From an uncultured Bacillales bacterium (GTDB lineage Bacteria > Bacillota_I > Bacilli_A > RF39 > UBA660), in contig CAMUMB010000001.1 in assembly GCA_947089915.1 (NCBI GenBank), forward strand, positions 1,581 through 65,580: a DNA stretch of 64,000 nucleotides. Reading direction: 5' to 3'. Position numbers and translations under genes: made by a program. Below, piece by piece: positions 1 through 9,539 of this stretch. Under the pieces are notes generated by a model. That model worked only from the letters and a program-made list of their open reading frames with translations. It was not told where the DNA came from and ran no database searches. Numbering within the stretch: position 1 is the stretch's first letter; each line of letters starts with the position of its first letter.

Positions 1-683
1 CGCTTGATCACGTGCAATATTTAATTGTTCAATTAATTTCATATCTGGATTTTCTATTGTAAAGTAAGTCAGGAATGTTACAAATGCAATCAACGGAGTT
101 GTTAAAAATATTTCAGGAAAATAAGATTGTATAAGCATGGCAACTCCGCCCAAAAATAATAAAGCTATTAAAGGAATAAACTTCTTTTTTTCAACTTTCT
201 TTACACTAATAATTGTAAAAATTAACATTAGTAGCAGACAAACAAAAATAATTGCATATAGAAATGTTACTGCTAAGCCTGATGGATACATAGTATCTCC
301 ACTTACAATATATTCAAATGGCAAAAGCATTAACAATACTACTTCAACACAACTACATAAAAGCAACTGAAATATAATTTTTCGTTGACTAACTTTTTGT
401 CGTGTAATTATAATTATATAATTGAGAAATATATTAATCCATATTACATAGTAAACAAATACCAATCTTGAGATAACTATATAAAATGTAGTATTTACAT
501 CCCAACCAAATAAGAAATATATAGCACTTATAATTTCTAAAAAAGTTCCAAACAATGCCACAATAATTCCTACAGAATATATCTTATTTTCAAAAAGATT
601 TAATCTTTTCTTTGAAAAAAAGATTATAATTAATAATAGCATATATAATGCACTATATGATACTATAGACACACTAGTCATAA
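1..683 (-). CDS. Polytopic membrane protein, 5' part only (gene continues beyond window start). Several TM helices followed by a coiled linker (..ENPDMKLIEQLNIARDQA), resembling the membrane sensor domain of a histidine kinase
   Basis: Open frame on minus strand from ATG at 683-681 to window edge with no stop. Translation is strongly hydrophobic with about 5 predicted TM segments. Absent from ORF track because it is not closed inside the window. Confidence 0.4.
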
Positions 684-734
684 AACCACTCCATTTTATT
701 ACACTATACCACAACTTTTAAAAAAAGAGAAGTT

Positions 735-2513
735 TTAATTTGAAACCTCTCTTTTTAAAGACTTAACTTTTCCACTCAATTTATTATTGTCATCAATAGT
801 CATACTAACATAATCTATTTTGCCACTTCCTGTATATAAAAATTCTTCGTCAAACGAATAATATTTTGGCACTACTTCACGTCCTAATTTTTGAGTAACT
901 AATTGGTTTATTCGTTGTACTAGTAAATTATTGTCAACTACTGTTTGTTTTTCTAAGATAATATGTACCTTAGGAACGGTTCTTAATTCAGCATCATCAA
1001 CACCAGTAACAACACATTTGTGAACTTCTGGTAATTGCATAATTAAAGCCTCCATTTCTGGTGGATATACCTTATTTACCCCACAAACAAATATACGCTT
1101 GCTTCTGCCAGTAATAACTAATTCCCCAGTTTCGTTAATCATCCCTAAATCGCCAGTTTTTAGCCATTTTCTTCCATATGCGTCAGTAATAATAACCTTA
1201 TCAGTTTCCTCTTGATTTTTATAATATCCATTCATAATTGAAGGACCATATATACAAATATCTCCCATTTGATTATAGTCTTTCTCTAGTCCTGTGTCAC
1301 TGTCTAATATACACATATCGTTAAATTTTAACGGAAATCCGACTGTTCCATCAGAATTTTTTGAAGCAAACTTTAAACTAAAAACCCCACAACATTCGGA
1401 AGCTCCATAACCATCAAAAATTTGAGTATTGCAATTTGTTTCCTTTAATACTCTATTTATTTTGTTAGCAGTTTCCGTTGGGAGTTTTTCTCCTCCCGAA
1501 ACAGGAAATTTTAGGAAAGATAATTTTTCTTTACGAAGCCTTGAATTGTTAATTAACGTTTCCCAATGGATTGGTCCACCAAAAACAATAGATGGATGGT
1601 ACTGTACAATTTGACTTACAAAATTTTTAGGATTGGAAACAGGATCTAAAATTGTTTCTAGACCAAAGCATAAAGATAAATGAAGCGAGGTCAGACCATA
1701 AGCTATAAAAGGTGGTAATATATCTAAAAATTTTTCGCCGCGTTTCACGTTATTAATTAAATAATGATGCTCAAAAACTGTGGTATTGATAGCTGTATCA
1801 GAAAGAACAACACCCTTATGTACTCCAGTAGTTCCGCCTGTAAATACGATGGCTGCTGGACGGTTTTCGTAATAATGTCCCCTAATTGCATCCAATTTAT
1901 TAGAAGAATTAGAAATAAAATGACGCCAATTTATCCAATTCTTTGGTATTCCATTTCCTTTCTTAGCATCCTGTAAATTCATAAGACCTCTAATTAAAGG
2001 ATTCTTTGCAGAATTAACTGCAGACAACATTATAATATCTTTTATGTTAGTTTCATTTTTAATATTCTTTAATGTTTTGCATGCATTCTTTATACTTACT
2101 AATATCTCACTATTAGATAAGTTTAAGTCCCTAGCTAACCCATATTCATTCAATCTAGGGTCAATCATACATGCAACTGCGCCTATTTTATTTAATGCAT
2201 AAAAACAGTACGCAGATTCGGGAATATTGGCCATAATTAAAGGAATCACGTCACCTTCATGAACGCCTACCTCCATAAATTTTCTAGCAATCTTATCTAT
2301 ATTCTCTAAAAATTCTTCATAAGTAATTCTATTACCAAAAAAAGAAAAGGCGTAATCACTCATATATTTACTATTGTTTAGATACATATATTCATATAAC
2401 GAAGTATTTGGTTTTTCTTTGTCAACCTCTTTAATAGGATAATTTTCTAACCATTTTTTTTCAACAGACGGTTTCCTGATTAAATCACTTACACTCATAT
2501 TTACTTTTTCCAT
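735..2513 (-). CDS. AMP-dependent synthetase/ligase (acyl-/aryl-CoA or acyl-AMP ligase family)
   Basis: 592 aa. AMP-binding signature FTGGTTGVHKGVVLSDT (T[SG]GTTGxPKG-like), GYGASE core motif and C-terminal GxxKIDY-like lysine motif. Confidence 0.8.
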   Translation of the reverse strand: MEKVNMSVSDLIRKPSVEKKWLENYPIKEVDKEKPNTSLYEYMYLNNSKYMSDYAFSFFGNRITYEEFLENIDKIARKFMEVGVHEGDVIPLIMANIPESAYCFYALNKIGAVACMIDPRLNEYGLARDLNLSNSEILVSIKNACKTLKNIKNETNIKDIIMLSAVNSAKNPLIRGLMNLQDAKKGNGIPKNWINWRHFISNSSNKLDAIRGHYYENRPAAIVFTGGTTGVHKGVVLSDTAINTTVFEHHYLINNVKRGEKFLDILPPFIAYGLTSLHLSLCFGLETILDPVSNPKNFVSQIVQYHPSIVFGGPIHWETLINNSRLRKEKLSFLKFPVSGGEKLPTETANKINRVLKETNCNTQIFDGYGASECCGVFSLKFASKNSDGTVGFPLKFNDMCILDSDTGLEKDYNQMGDICIYGPSIMNGYYKNQEETDKVIITDAYGRKWLKTGDLGMINETGELVITGRSKRIFVCGVNKVYPPEMEALIMQLPEVHKCVVTGVDDAELRTVPKVHIILEKQTVVDNNLLVQRINQLVTQKLGREVVPKYYSFDEEFLYTGSGKIDYVSMTIDDNNKLSGKVKSLKREVSN

Positions 2514-2569
2514 TATAATCCCCCTTCAACATTTGCATATTGTAAATCATTTTTTTTACTTTGTCAAAT

Positions 2570-3205
2570 TTAACCATTTATATTAATATTTCCTAATTTA
2601 TTATCTAATTTCTGTACAATTGTACCATAGCCTATGAAAAATATATAAATCATCAAACAATTTATAAAGACATTAAATAAGCCAAGTTTATCTACATCCA
2701 TATAAGAATATGGATACCTTGCCCCACCTTCAAATTCACCACCTAATAATACATAAACAATATTAAAAATTACATATACTAGTAGAATAAAACTCCAATA
2801 AAATGGATATTCCTTTTTTAGATGTCCTTTTTCCCCAAATATAATATAATCCAAGATTACCAATAAAGGAACATATAAATGAACAAAATTACATTCTAAC
2901 ATATGTCCTGCGTATGCACCTACGCCATCACCTGAGGATAGTAAAATTTGGTATACAAACATTGTGATTGTAATTGCCATTGTAACCATACCTTTTATGA
3001 TATAGTACCAATCATTCTTTTGCAATTTTTTTGTCAATTCCAATATTATAATCACAAAGAAAAACAAAAAGCATAATAAATTACTCTGGATTGTAAAATA
3101 GATAATTCCTTTTTCAAAAGATAATAACTTGAAATTCAAGTATAAACCAATTCCTGACATAACTACAATCAATATTTTAAATAAGAGTGATAATATTCTT
3201 TTCAT
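2570..3205 (-). CDS. Integral membrane protein of unknown function (6-7 TM)
   Basis: 211 aa, strongly hydrophobic with multiple TM helices. No catalytic motif recognised. Confidence 0.5.
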   Translation of the reverse strand: MKRILSLLFKILIVVMSGIGLYLNFKLLSFEKGIIYFTIQSNLLCFLFFFVIIILELTKKLQKNDWYYIIKGMVTMAITITMFVYQILLSSGDGVGAYAGHMLECNFVHLYVPLLVILDYIIFGEKGHLKKEYPFYWSFILLVYVIFNIVYVLLGGEFEGGARYPYSYMDVDKLGLFNVFINCLMIYIFFIGYGTIVQKLDNKLGNINING

Positions 3206-3313
3206 GCAACCATACCTTTTCTTCTATCATTATAGCCTATAAATGAAATTTGGTAAAGCCTACTTGATATTTAGTTAACACTTGCAACAGAAAAGCATGA
3301 ATAATTATCACGC

Positions 3314-5359
3314 CTATTTTTGTAAATATTTCTTTAAAATATTATGTAATTCATTACTATCAATTGGTTTCGATAAATAATCATCGAATCCAGATGCCAA
3401 ATAAGCTTCCTTCTTTCCTACAATCGCATCTGCTGTTAAAGCAATTACAGGTATATTAAATTTTTTATCTGCTTTTAACTGTTTTAATGTTTCTGTTCCA
3501 TCCATTTCTGGCATCATCTGATCTAATAGTATCAAATCATATGGATTTCCTTCTTGAATCAAATCAATACATTCTTGTCCACTTTCTACTTTATCAATGG
3601 TAACTTGATAAGGTTCTAGTAAACGCGTTGCGACTTTCAAATTGAGTTTATTATCATCTACAACAAGAATGCGTTTTCCAGAAGCATCAAAAGGAGTCGC
3701 TTTTCTTTTTCTTACCTTGTGAATACCCAAATCACCAATTGGTGTTTCATCAATGATTTTTTGCGTCACTGTTACAGAAATAGTCGTTCCTTTCCCAACA
3801 ACACTTTCAACGGTTAATTCTCCTTTTAACAAATCAATTAATTTCTTAACAATGGATAAACCTGTATTAGAAGTAATATTATCTGATAGAATTTCACTCA
3901 TCTTTTCTTGCGACATTCCCATACCTGTATCAGTTACTTCTAATGTCAATTTATAATTAGATTTTAATACTTCCCCTTTGGCTTTTAATGTAATTTGCCC
4001 AGCATCTGTATAACGAACGGCATTATCCAGTATATTGGTCATAATCTGACGGAACTTACCACCATCTCCTAACAAAGAAGTCGGAATACTTTCTTCTATC
4101 TCTGTTTGTAAATGAATTTCCTTCTTACCTATTCTTTCTTTGGTAAGGGCAATCAAATCTTTTAGTATTTTTGCAACATTGTATTCTTTTTCATCTAAAA
4201 CTAAAATACCCTTTTCTACTTTAGAAATATCTAGGATTCCATCAATAATTTCTAATAAGTTATTACTGGCACTATTGATATTATCCAAATCTTCTCGAAC
4301 GGGAGTAGATAGTTCCTCTTCCAAAGCCGATTCACTTAATCCAATAATGGCATTTAATGGTGTCCGAATTTCATGAGACATGATAGATAAAAATTCTGAT
4401 TTCGCATCATTTGCTTTCTCGGCTTGTTTTAGAGCATCTTGTAATAACGCATTTTGTCTTCTCATATATTCTGCGTTTTCAGTTACATTTTTAGTTAAAA
4501 TAGTAACTTTTGTCTCTCCTTTACTTACTGTAAAGAAAGCAGTACTTTCCAAATACGTATCTGGATTTTCTTTTAATCGGTAACGAACAGAAATTGGATC
4601 TAACGTTTCTTTTTCTACCAATTCTTTGAAATGATCCATAGAAAATATATCTAAAATAGATGCCTGATCTTCTTCTAATATATAACGGTCTACCATTTCT
4701 TGAAAAGTATGTTCAAATTCGCCAGTTGTATCATTTCCTAAATAAGTAGCATCTTCTTTTAATTTATGAAAATTCATTTCACCTGTTAATACATCTACAC
4801 TCATTTCCATATCATAAGAAATAGATGTAATTTGATTCAATTGTTGTTCTCTTGCTTTGATATCCTTAGTTTGAGATACGAGTAAATGTTGTTGATCATG
4901 TTCCGTTGTAACATCGGATACCAAAATTACATCGTATTGGGAATCACCCTCTAGAAATGGATAGATTTTAATTTTAATCCATCTTGTATGTTGATAAAGA
5001 GGATTGTGATAAGAAAACATTTGTGTTACATATTCTTTTATCCCATCCCAACTCCGTAATTCATTTTGTACAATTGGTGTATGAAAGATTTCTTCAATGA
5101 TTTCTAATTCTGTTTTTTCTTTTTCGATTTCATGCAACCCCAATACATCATATACATTTTTCGTAATATAAATAATATCCCGTTTGTTATGGTCACACAA
5201 AAGGTAAATCGTTTCCGAATTTTTGACAAGAGAATCAAATAATTTATTACGATAATGTCCGCCCTTATGTTTTAAAATACGATAAATAAGTATAACAAAA
5301 ACGAATAAAATAATTGCGATTAAAAAAAACATATTTCTATTCAGTCCATCCAATAACAT
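3314..5359 (-). CDS. Hybrid sensor histidine kinase / response regulator (N-terminal TM, PAS-like region, HisKA, HATPase_c, C-terminal receiver)
   Basis: H-box SHEIRTPLNAIIGLSE. N/G boxes NILDNAVRYT and DTGMGM. Receiver domain ILVVDDNKLNLKV...DLILLDQMMPEMDG...IPVIALTADA. SD AAAGGAG upstream of ATG. Confidence 0.85.
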   Translation of the reverse strand: MLLDGLNRNMFFLIAIILFVFVILIYRILKHKGGHYRNKLFDSLVKNSETIYLLCDHNKRDIIYITKNVYDVLGLHEIEKEKTELEIIEEIFHTPIVQNELRSWDGIKEYVTQMFSYHNPLYQHTRWIKIKIYPFLEGDSQYDVILVSDVTTEHDQQHLLVSQTKDIKAREQQLNQITSISYDMEMSVDVLTGEMNFHKLKEDATYLGNDTTGEFEHTFQEMVDRYILEEDQASILDIFSMDHFKELVEKETLDPISVRYRLKENPDTYLESTAFFTVSKGETKVTILTKNVTENAEYMRRQNALLQDALKQAEKANDAKSEFLSIMSHEIRTPLNAIIGLSESALEEELSTPVREDLDNINSASNNLLEIIDGILDISKVEKGILVLDEKEYNVAKILKDLIALTKERIGKKEIHLQTEIEESIPTSLLGDGGKFRQIMTNILDNAVRYTDAGQITLKAKGEVLKSNYKLTLEVTDTGMGMSQEKMSEILSDNITSNTGLSIVKKLIDLLKGELTVESVVGKGTTISVTVTQKIIDETPIGDLGIHKVRKRKATPFDASGKRILVVDDNKLNLKVATRLLEPYQVTIDKVESGQECIDLIQEGNPYDLILLDQMMPEMDGTETLKQLKADKKFNIPVIALTADAIVGKKEAYLASGFDDYLSKPIDSNELHNILKKYLQK

Positions 5360-5387
5360 ACACTTCGCTCCTTTTCCTACTATATAG

Positions 5388-5417
5388 ATTATAGTCTAAT
5401 TCCGTCTTTTCTGTCAA
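5388..5417 (-). promoter_or_regulatory. Sigma-A-type promoter (TTGACA-N18-TATAAT) for the hybrid kinase gene
   Basis: Minus-strand TTGACA (5417-5412), 18-nt spacer, TATAAT (5393-5388), about 30 nt upstream of RBS/ATG at 5359. Confidence 0.45.
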
Positions 5418-5453
5418 GCAAACCAAGAAAAAAGATAGATGTTTCTCTACCTT

Positions 5454-6524
5454 TTAAAATACACGTTTTCTTAGGAAAGATGGAATATCTGTTTCATCTG
5501 TTCCACTATCTTGTTCATTGTTATCTTCATCTTTCATTTCTTCTCTTCTTGTGAAACTACGAGAATTTTCTTTGTTATTGGATTCGAATCCTGTTGCGAT
5601 AACAGTTACAATGATTTCATCTGTTAGATTTTCATTGATGACTGCTCCAAAAATAGTATTGATATCTGTATTGGCAGAAGTACGAATAACATCAGCTGCC
5701 TCTTCTACTTCAAATAAAGTTAAATTTGGTCCTCCTGTTACATTGATAATCGCATCGGTTGCGCCACTAATACTCGTTTCTAATAATGGACTTTCAACTG
5801 CTTGTCTTGCAGCTTCTGTTGCACGATTTTCACCAATTCCCATTCCAATTCCAATTAAAGCATTACCACGTTTTTCCATAACAGCTTTGACGTCTGCGAA
5901 GTCTAAGTTAATTAAACCTGCAACGGCAATCAAATCAGAGATTGATTGTACCCCTCTTCTTAGGACATTGTCTACTTCTTTGAACGAATCGACAAGTGAA
6001 GTTGATTTATCAATAATTTCTCTTAAACGATCATTTGGAATAATAATTAAAGTATCGACATGTTTTTTTAATTCTTCTAATCCAGCAAGCGCTTGATCCA
6101 TTCTTTTCTTTCCTTCAAAGGAGAATGGTTTGGTTACAATTCCAACTGTTAAAGCACCCATTTCTTGCGCGATATCAGCAATCACTGGAGCAGCACCTGT
6201 TCCAGTTCCACCACCCATACCACAAGTGATGAATACCATATCAGCACCTTCTAAAGCGGCTTCAATTTCATTACGGCTTTCTAAAGCAGCTTCTTTTCCA
6301 ATTTGGGGATTCGCCCCTGCTCCAAGTCCGCTAGTTAATTCTTCTCCAATTTGTATTTTAATAGGAGCTTTAGAATTATTTAAAACTTGTAAGTCAGTAT
6401 TGGCTACAATAAAGTCGACTCCTTTTAATCCTGATTCAATCATACGGTTAACAGCGTTGTTACCACCACCACCAACACCGATTACTTTAATTTTTGCTAA
6501 TTGATCCATTTCTAATCCAAACAT
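5454..6524 (-). CDS. ftsZ: Cell division GTPase FtsZ
   Basis: [15 protein letters not shown] tubulin signature and [14 protein letters not shown]7-loop region. C-terminal conserved tail [16 protein letters not shown]. Confidence 0.96.
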   Translation of the reverse strand: MFGLEMDQLAKIKVIGVGGGGNNAVNRMIESGLKGVDFIVANTDLQVLNNSKAPIKIQIGEELTSGLGAGANPQIGKEAALESRNEIEAALEGADMVFITCGMGGGTGTGAAPVIADIAQEMGALTVGIVTKPFSFEGKKRMDQALAGLEELKKHVDTLIIIPNDRLREIIDKSTSLVDSFKEVDNVLRRGVQSISDLIAVAGLINLDFADVKAVMEKRGNALIGIGMGIGENRATEAARQAVESPLLETSISGATDAIINVTGGPNLTLFEVEEAADVIRTSANTDINTIFGAVINENLTDEIIVTVIATGFESNNKENSRSFTRREEMKDEDNNEQDSGTDETDIPSFLRKRVF

Positions 6525-6536
6525 ATATTATCCTCC

Positions 6537-7778
6537 TTATTCGCTAAAAAAGTATCCGAATATTTTACCTAACATCGATTCGCTTGAAATGATAGAACTT
6601 TTTTTGGTTGAGGAAAGTTCTTCCATATCGCTTTTACTAATCATTGTATAATCTCTTCCTTTTAGTTTTAATTTGTTGATAAAATATACGATATTTCCAA
6701 CATTTGTTGAAAATTTATTATTTCTAAGTCCAATCATACGAATGTCGCCAACCATAGCTACTTTTCCTAGAACGCTTTCTGCAATTAAGGAAAAATTGTT
6801 CATACTGCTTGTACCACCTGTTATTAGTATATAATCTACTTCTCGTTTTGTCAAAATATTTATTTCTTTTCGCGCTAAAACAAGTATCTCTTCAATACGA
6901 GACATGACAATTTCGGAAGCCTCTAATTGGTTAATTTTAATAACCTCTCCCGTTTTATCAGTGATTTCCATTGTATCATTCACACTGGCGTAATTTTTAC
7001 TTGCGAGTGCGAAACGTTCTTTGACTCTACTGGCATCTTCACTACTTAATTTATAGATATAGGATAAATCATTGTCTATATTTTTGCCACCCATACCCAT
7101 CATGGAATTTTTCACCAAAATACCTTTGTTATATAAAGCAATCGATGTGGTTTCATACCCAATATTAATAACCGCTCCTACCAAATCTTTGATGTCCTTA
7201 TCTCTGACAGAATAAAAATCTCCTATACTATTTAAGGAAATATCGATTACTTCTAAACCAACACTTTCTAACAAATTCACTACTGAGTAAATATTCTTCT
7301 TCGGAGACATTACCATAACAGCTCTTACGGATAAGTTACTTCCTTGCATTCCTTTTGGATCTTTGATTCCTTTTTTTTCATCCAATGTAAAATCAATTGG
7401 GATAACAGTTACCATCTCTTTATTGGGTACTGTCTTTTCCTTCATGGCAAGTTGTAATAAGTCAGTAACATCTTTGCCATCGATGATTTCTTCGCGATTC
7501 AATTCTATCGCACCATTTACCATTACGAAATCGGCTTGATACCCTGGAATGGAAGTAATGACTTTTTTGATTTGAATGCCAAGCATTTGTTCTACTTCAT
7601 TGAGTGCTTTTTTGACACTTTCACTTGCTTCATATACATCTGTAATAAGTCCCTTTTTGATTCCTTTTGATTTGATAGAGGATGTTGCTAGTAAATTAAG
7701 CTTATTTTGAAAAAGCTCACACACGACTACTTTCACAGTATCGGATCCGATGTCTATGCTCGTATATACATGCTTCAT
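6537..7778 (-). CDS. ftsA: Cell division protein FtsA (actin-like ATPase)
   Basis: 413 aa, immediately upstream of ftsZ. N-terminal IDIGSDTVKVVV actin-fold phosphate-1 motif. Confidence 0.92.
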   Translation of the reverse strand: MKHVYTSIDIGSDTVKVVVCELFQNKLNLLATSSIKSKGIKKGLITDVYEASESVKKALNEVEQMLGIQIKKVITSIPGYQADFVMVNGAIELNREEIIDGKDVTDLLQLAMKEKTVPNKEMVTVIPIDFTLDEKKGIKDPKGMQGSNLSVRAVMVMSPKKNIYSVVNLLESVGLEVIDISLNSIGDFYSVRDKDIKDLVGAVINIGYETTSIALYNKGILVKNSMMGMGGKNIDNDLSYIYKLSSEDASRVKERFALASKNYASVNDTMEITDKTGEVIKINQLEASEIVMSRIEEILVLARKEINILTKREVDYILITGGTSSMNNFSLIAESVLGKVAMVGDIRMIGLRNNKFSTNVGNIVYFINKLKLKGRDYTMISKSDMEELSSTKKSSIISSESMLGKIFGYFFSE

Positions 7779-8057
7779 ACTATCATCTCCTATAATCTAT
7801 CCATAATTATACTATAGATTTTTAAAAATGTAAAAGTATTTTCGAAAAAAATCCCAATTTATGAGATTTTAGTTTAAAAATATTGATGATACATATCAAA
7901 TTATGTTAAAGATTTCAAATCTGTAACAATTTTAAAAATTTGTAACATCTTTTTTCCTGAAAACTAAGAAAAATATTTACTAATTGATACAGTTTTAATA
8001 TAAAGAAATAAATTCAAAAAAATATGGAATCAATTAGATGCTAGTTAATAGAAACTT

Positions 8058-8537
8058 TTATCTTTTAATTGCTCCACCATGACATTTTAAAACATAAACT
8101 CTTTCTTCATCTTTAGAAATTGTTTCAATACCTTCAAAATAATCTAAATTACCATCAACTTGAAAGGTATATTTATATCCATTATTTATGTATTCTTTTG
8201 GTCCCCTTACGGGTAAAATATCATCTTCACCAACTTGCATTAGTGCAGGTCTTAACGCACTATCTATAGCCTCCTCACTTAAGTTTTCATTTAATGTTAC
8301 ACCATAATAATTCATTGCCCAAATAGGTGTATTATCGGAAGCATAAACCACTTCTTCTCCTATAAATTTTGTTCCTCCAAAATATGTATCATGATATATC
8401 ATTTTACCATTACTATATTGATAGTCAAACGAACCTTCTCTTGAAGATAATGTCTTTTTTACATTTCCATTCGCATAAGTTTGTTTTTTAGCCTCAATTA
8501 AAAAATTATATAATCCTTTATCCATTATACTCACCAT
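8058..8537 (-). CDS. Hypothetical cytoplasmic protein (159 aa)
   Basis: Complete ORF with RBS. Occupies the position of the small ylxW/ylxX/sbp-type genes between divIB and ftsA in Bacillus. Family not recognised. Confidence 0.5.
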   Translation of the reverse strand: MVSIMDKGLYNFLIEAKKQTYANGNVKKTLSSREGSFDYQYSNGKMIYHDTYFGGTKFIGEEVVYASDNTPIWAMNYYGVTLNENLSEEAIDSALRPALMQVGEDDILPVRGPKEYINNGYKYTFQVDGNLDYFEGIETISKDEERVYVLKCHGGAIKR

Positions 8538-8763
8538 CCTATACCAATTTAGTAATGTTAGTTATTCTAATTTTGCTTTTAAACCTAAGACCTAAAACAA
8601 AGACTAAAAAGAAAACGCTTAACACACCAAAGTTCTACGTATCTCTTTTTTATTGTATGAGATTTCTCTCATCTATATACATAGTATCATAAGCCATAAT
8701 GTCTGTCAAACAAAACTTCATGAACTTAGCATAAATATTATAGATTGCTGATGCAAAATTATA

Positions 8764-8792
8764 TTTACAGATTATTGGACATATAGTATAAT
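8764..8792 (+). promoter_or_regulatory. Sigma-A-type promoter TTTACA-N17-TATAAT driving small-peptide ORF 1
   Basis: TTTACA 8764-8769, 17-nt spacer, TATAAT 8787-8792. Conserved in copy 2. Confidence 0.55.
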
Positions 8793-8868
8793 AAATTTAG
8801 GATATATGTGGTTTTGTCAGATGTCTTCCCTTTCTTTTATAACCATAAATAGAAAGGCGGTGGTGTAT

Positions 8869-8946
8869 ATGAAACAAAATGAAAAATATTTGTATTTCAT
8901 AATCGCCTTGTTATTTCTAACAATTTTTATATTACTATTGAAATAA
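8869..8946 (+). CDS. Small hydrophobic peptide (25 aa, MKQNEKYLYFIIALLFLTIFILLLK), candidate type I toxin
   Basis: SD GAAAGGCGGTG 8-10 nt upstream of ATG. Charged N-terminus, single predicted TM helix and C-terminal Lys. Paralogue in the next repeat. Confidence 0.55.
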   Translation: MKQNEKYLYFIIALLFLTIFILLLK

Positions 8947-9065
8947 CAAAAAAAGGCATCTAATCTATCTATTGATTTGTTAGATGCCAATTCCCAAGAT
9001 AAGGGATGCATTTGACTCACCTAAACCAAATGTATCCTTTTTATAATATGAAGTTGCCTTCATCT
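8947..9065 (-). ncRNA. Predicted antisense RNA 1 (about 120 nt), convergent with and overlapping the 3' UTR of peptide-1 mRNA. Candidate type I antitoxin
   Basis: Minus-strand promoter TTGACA (9100-9095)-N17-TACAAT (9077-9072). 5' hairpin AUGAAGgcaaCUUCAU. 3' terminator GGCAUCUAA-N16-UUAGAUGCC followed by U7 (complement of 8947-8988). Confidence 0.55.
9009..9042 (+). terminator. Rho-independent terminator of peptide-1 mRNA (stem CATTTG/CAAATG plus T-run)
   Basis: Hairpin 9009-9031 followed by TCCTTTTT. Lies inside the region also covered by the antisense transcript. Confidence 0.45.
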
Positions 9066-9153
9066 GTATACATTGTATCAAGTTATTTTGAAGTTGTCAA
9101 ATACCTCACAACATAAACAATAAATTTTTATAGATTGTTAATGCAAAATTATA

Positions 9154-9182
9154 TTTACAAATAGTTAGCTCAATAGTATAAT
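9154..9182 (+). promoter_or_regulatory. Sigma-A-type promoter TTTACA-N17-TATAAT driving small-peptide ORF 2
   Basis: TTTACA 9154-9159, TATAAT 9177-9182. Confidence 0.55.
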
Positions 9183-9257
9183 TGATTTAGGATATATTTG
9201 ATTATGTCAGATGTTTTCCCTTTTCTTTTGCTGTGAAAAAGAAAGGCGGTGATATTT

Positions 9258-9347
9258 ATGAAAAAGAACGAAAAATGCCTCTATTTCATAATTACGCTGT
9301 TATTTATTGTAATATTTGCGTTAATCGCTTTATTATACATAAAATAA
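9258..9347 (+). CDS. Small hydrophobic peptide (29 aa, MKKNEKCLYFIITLLFIVIFALIALLYIK), candidate type I toxin, paralogue of 8869-8946
   Basis: Same SD (GAAAGGCGGTG). KKNEK N-terminus, one TM helix and C-terminal Lys. Confidence 0.55.
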   Translation: MKKNEKCLYFIITLLFIVIFALIALLYIK

Positions 9348-9463
9348 AAGACATCTGATAATCACAACCGTGATTTGTCAGGTGCCAACCCATAATGGGA
9401 TTACATTTGACTCAGCAAAAAATCAAATGTATCCTTTTTTATTGTATGAAGTTGCCTTCATCT
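9341..9463 (-). ncRNA. Predicted antisense RNA 2 (about 120 nt), convergent with peptide-2 mRNA
   Basis: Minus-strand promoter TTGACA (9498-9493)-N17-TAGAAT (9475-9470). 3' imperfect hairpin plus U-run overlapping the stop codon of ORF 2. The sense terminator (ACATTTGA...TCAAATGT plus T6, 9403-9440) lies within the overlap. Confidence 0.5.
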
Positions 9464-9539
9464 GTATACATTCTATCAATTTATTTTGAAGTTGTCAAAT
9501 ACCTCACAACACAGACATTCACGAACAATATATTTTTTA

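Larger units (their letters stand above)
8640..9535. repeat. Tandem direct repeat: two complete copies of about 390 bp plus a partial third copy, each carrying a small-peptide ORF and a convergent antisense promoter
   Basis: Unit boundaries marked by ..aaatgtatccttttt(t)at..atgaag..cttcatct(g/a)tatacat.. at about 8645, 9036 and 9430. Promoter, 5'UTR, ORF and 3' hairpins are colinear between copies with about 80% identity. Confidence 0.85.

Noticed and set aside
137-370. 77-aa plus-strand ORF at the window start
   Set aside because: Lies antisense to a long open minus-strand membrane-protein frame that runs off the window edge. Lys/Asn-rich low-complexity translation.
5518-6504. Plus-strand ORFs (192 aa and 124 aa) inside ftsZ
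   Set aside because: Antisense to a highly conserved gene, low-complexity Ser/Ala/Pro translation, no RBS. Shadow ORFs.
7953-7965. CodY-box-like sequence TTTTCCTGAAAAC upstream of ftsA
   Set aside because: Has a one-base insertion relative to AATTTTCWGAAAATT. Too weak to call. The neighbouring TGTAACA direct repeats are also common AT-rich words.
8817-9020. 67-aa minus-strand ORF from the six-frame track in the repeat region
   Set aside because: It spans the antisense RNA terminator and the peptide ORF on the other strand, has no RBS and is not conserved in the second repeat copy. Better explained as non-coding antisense RNA.
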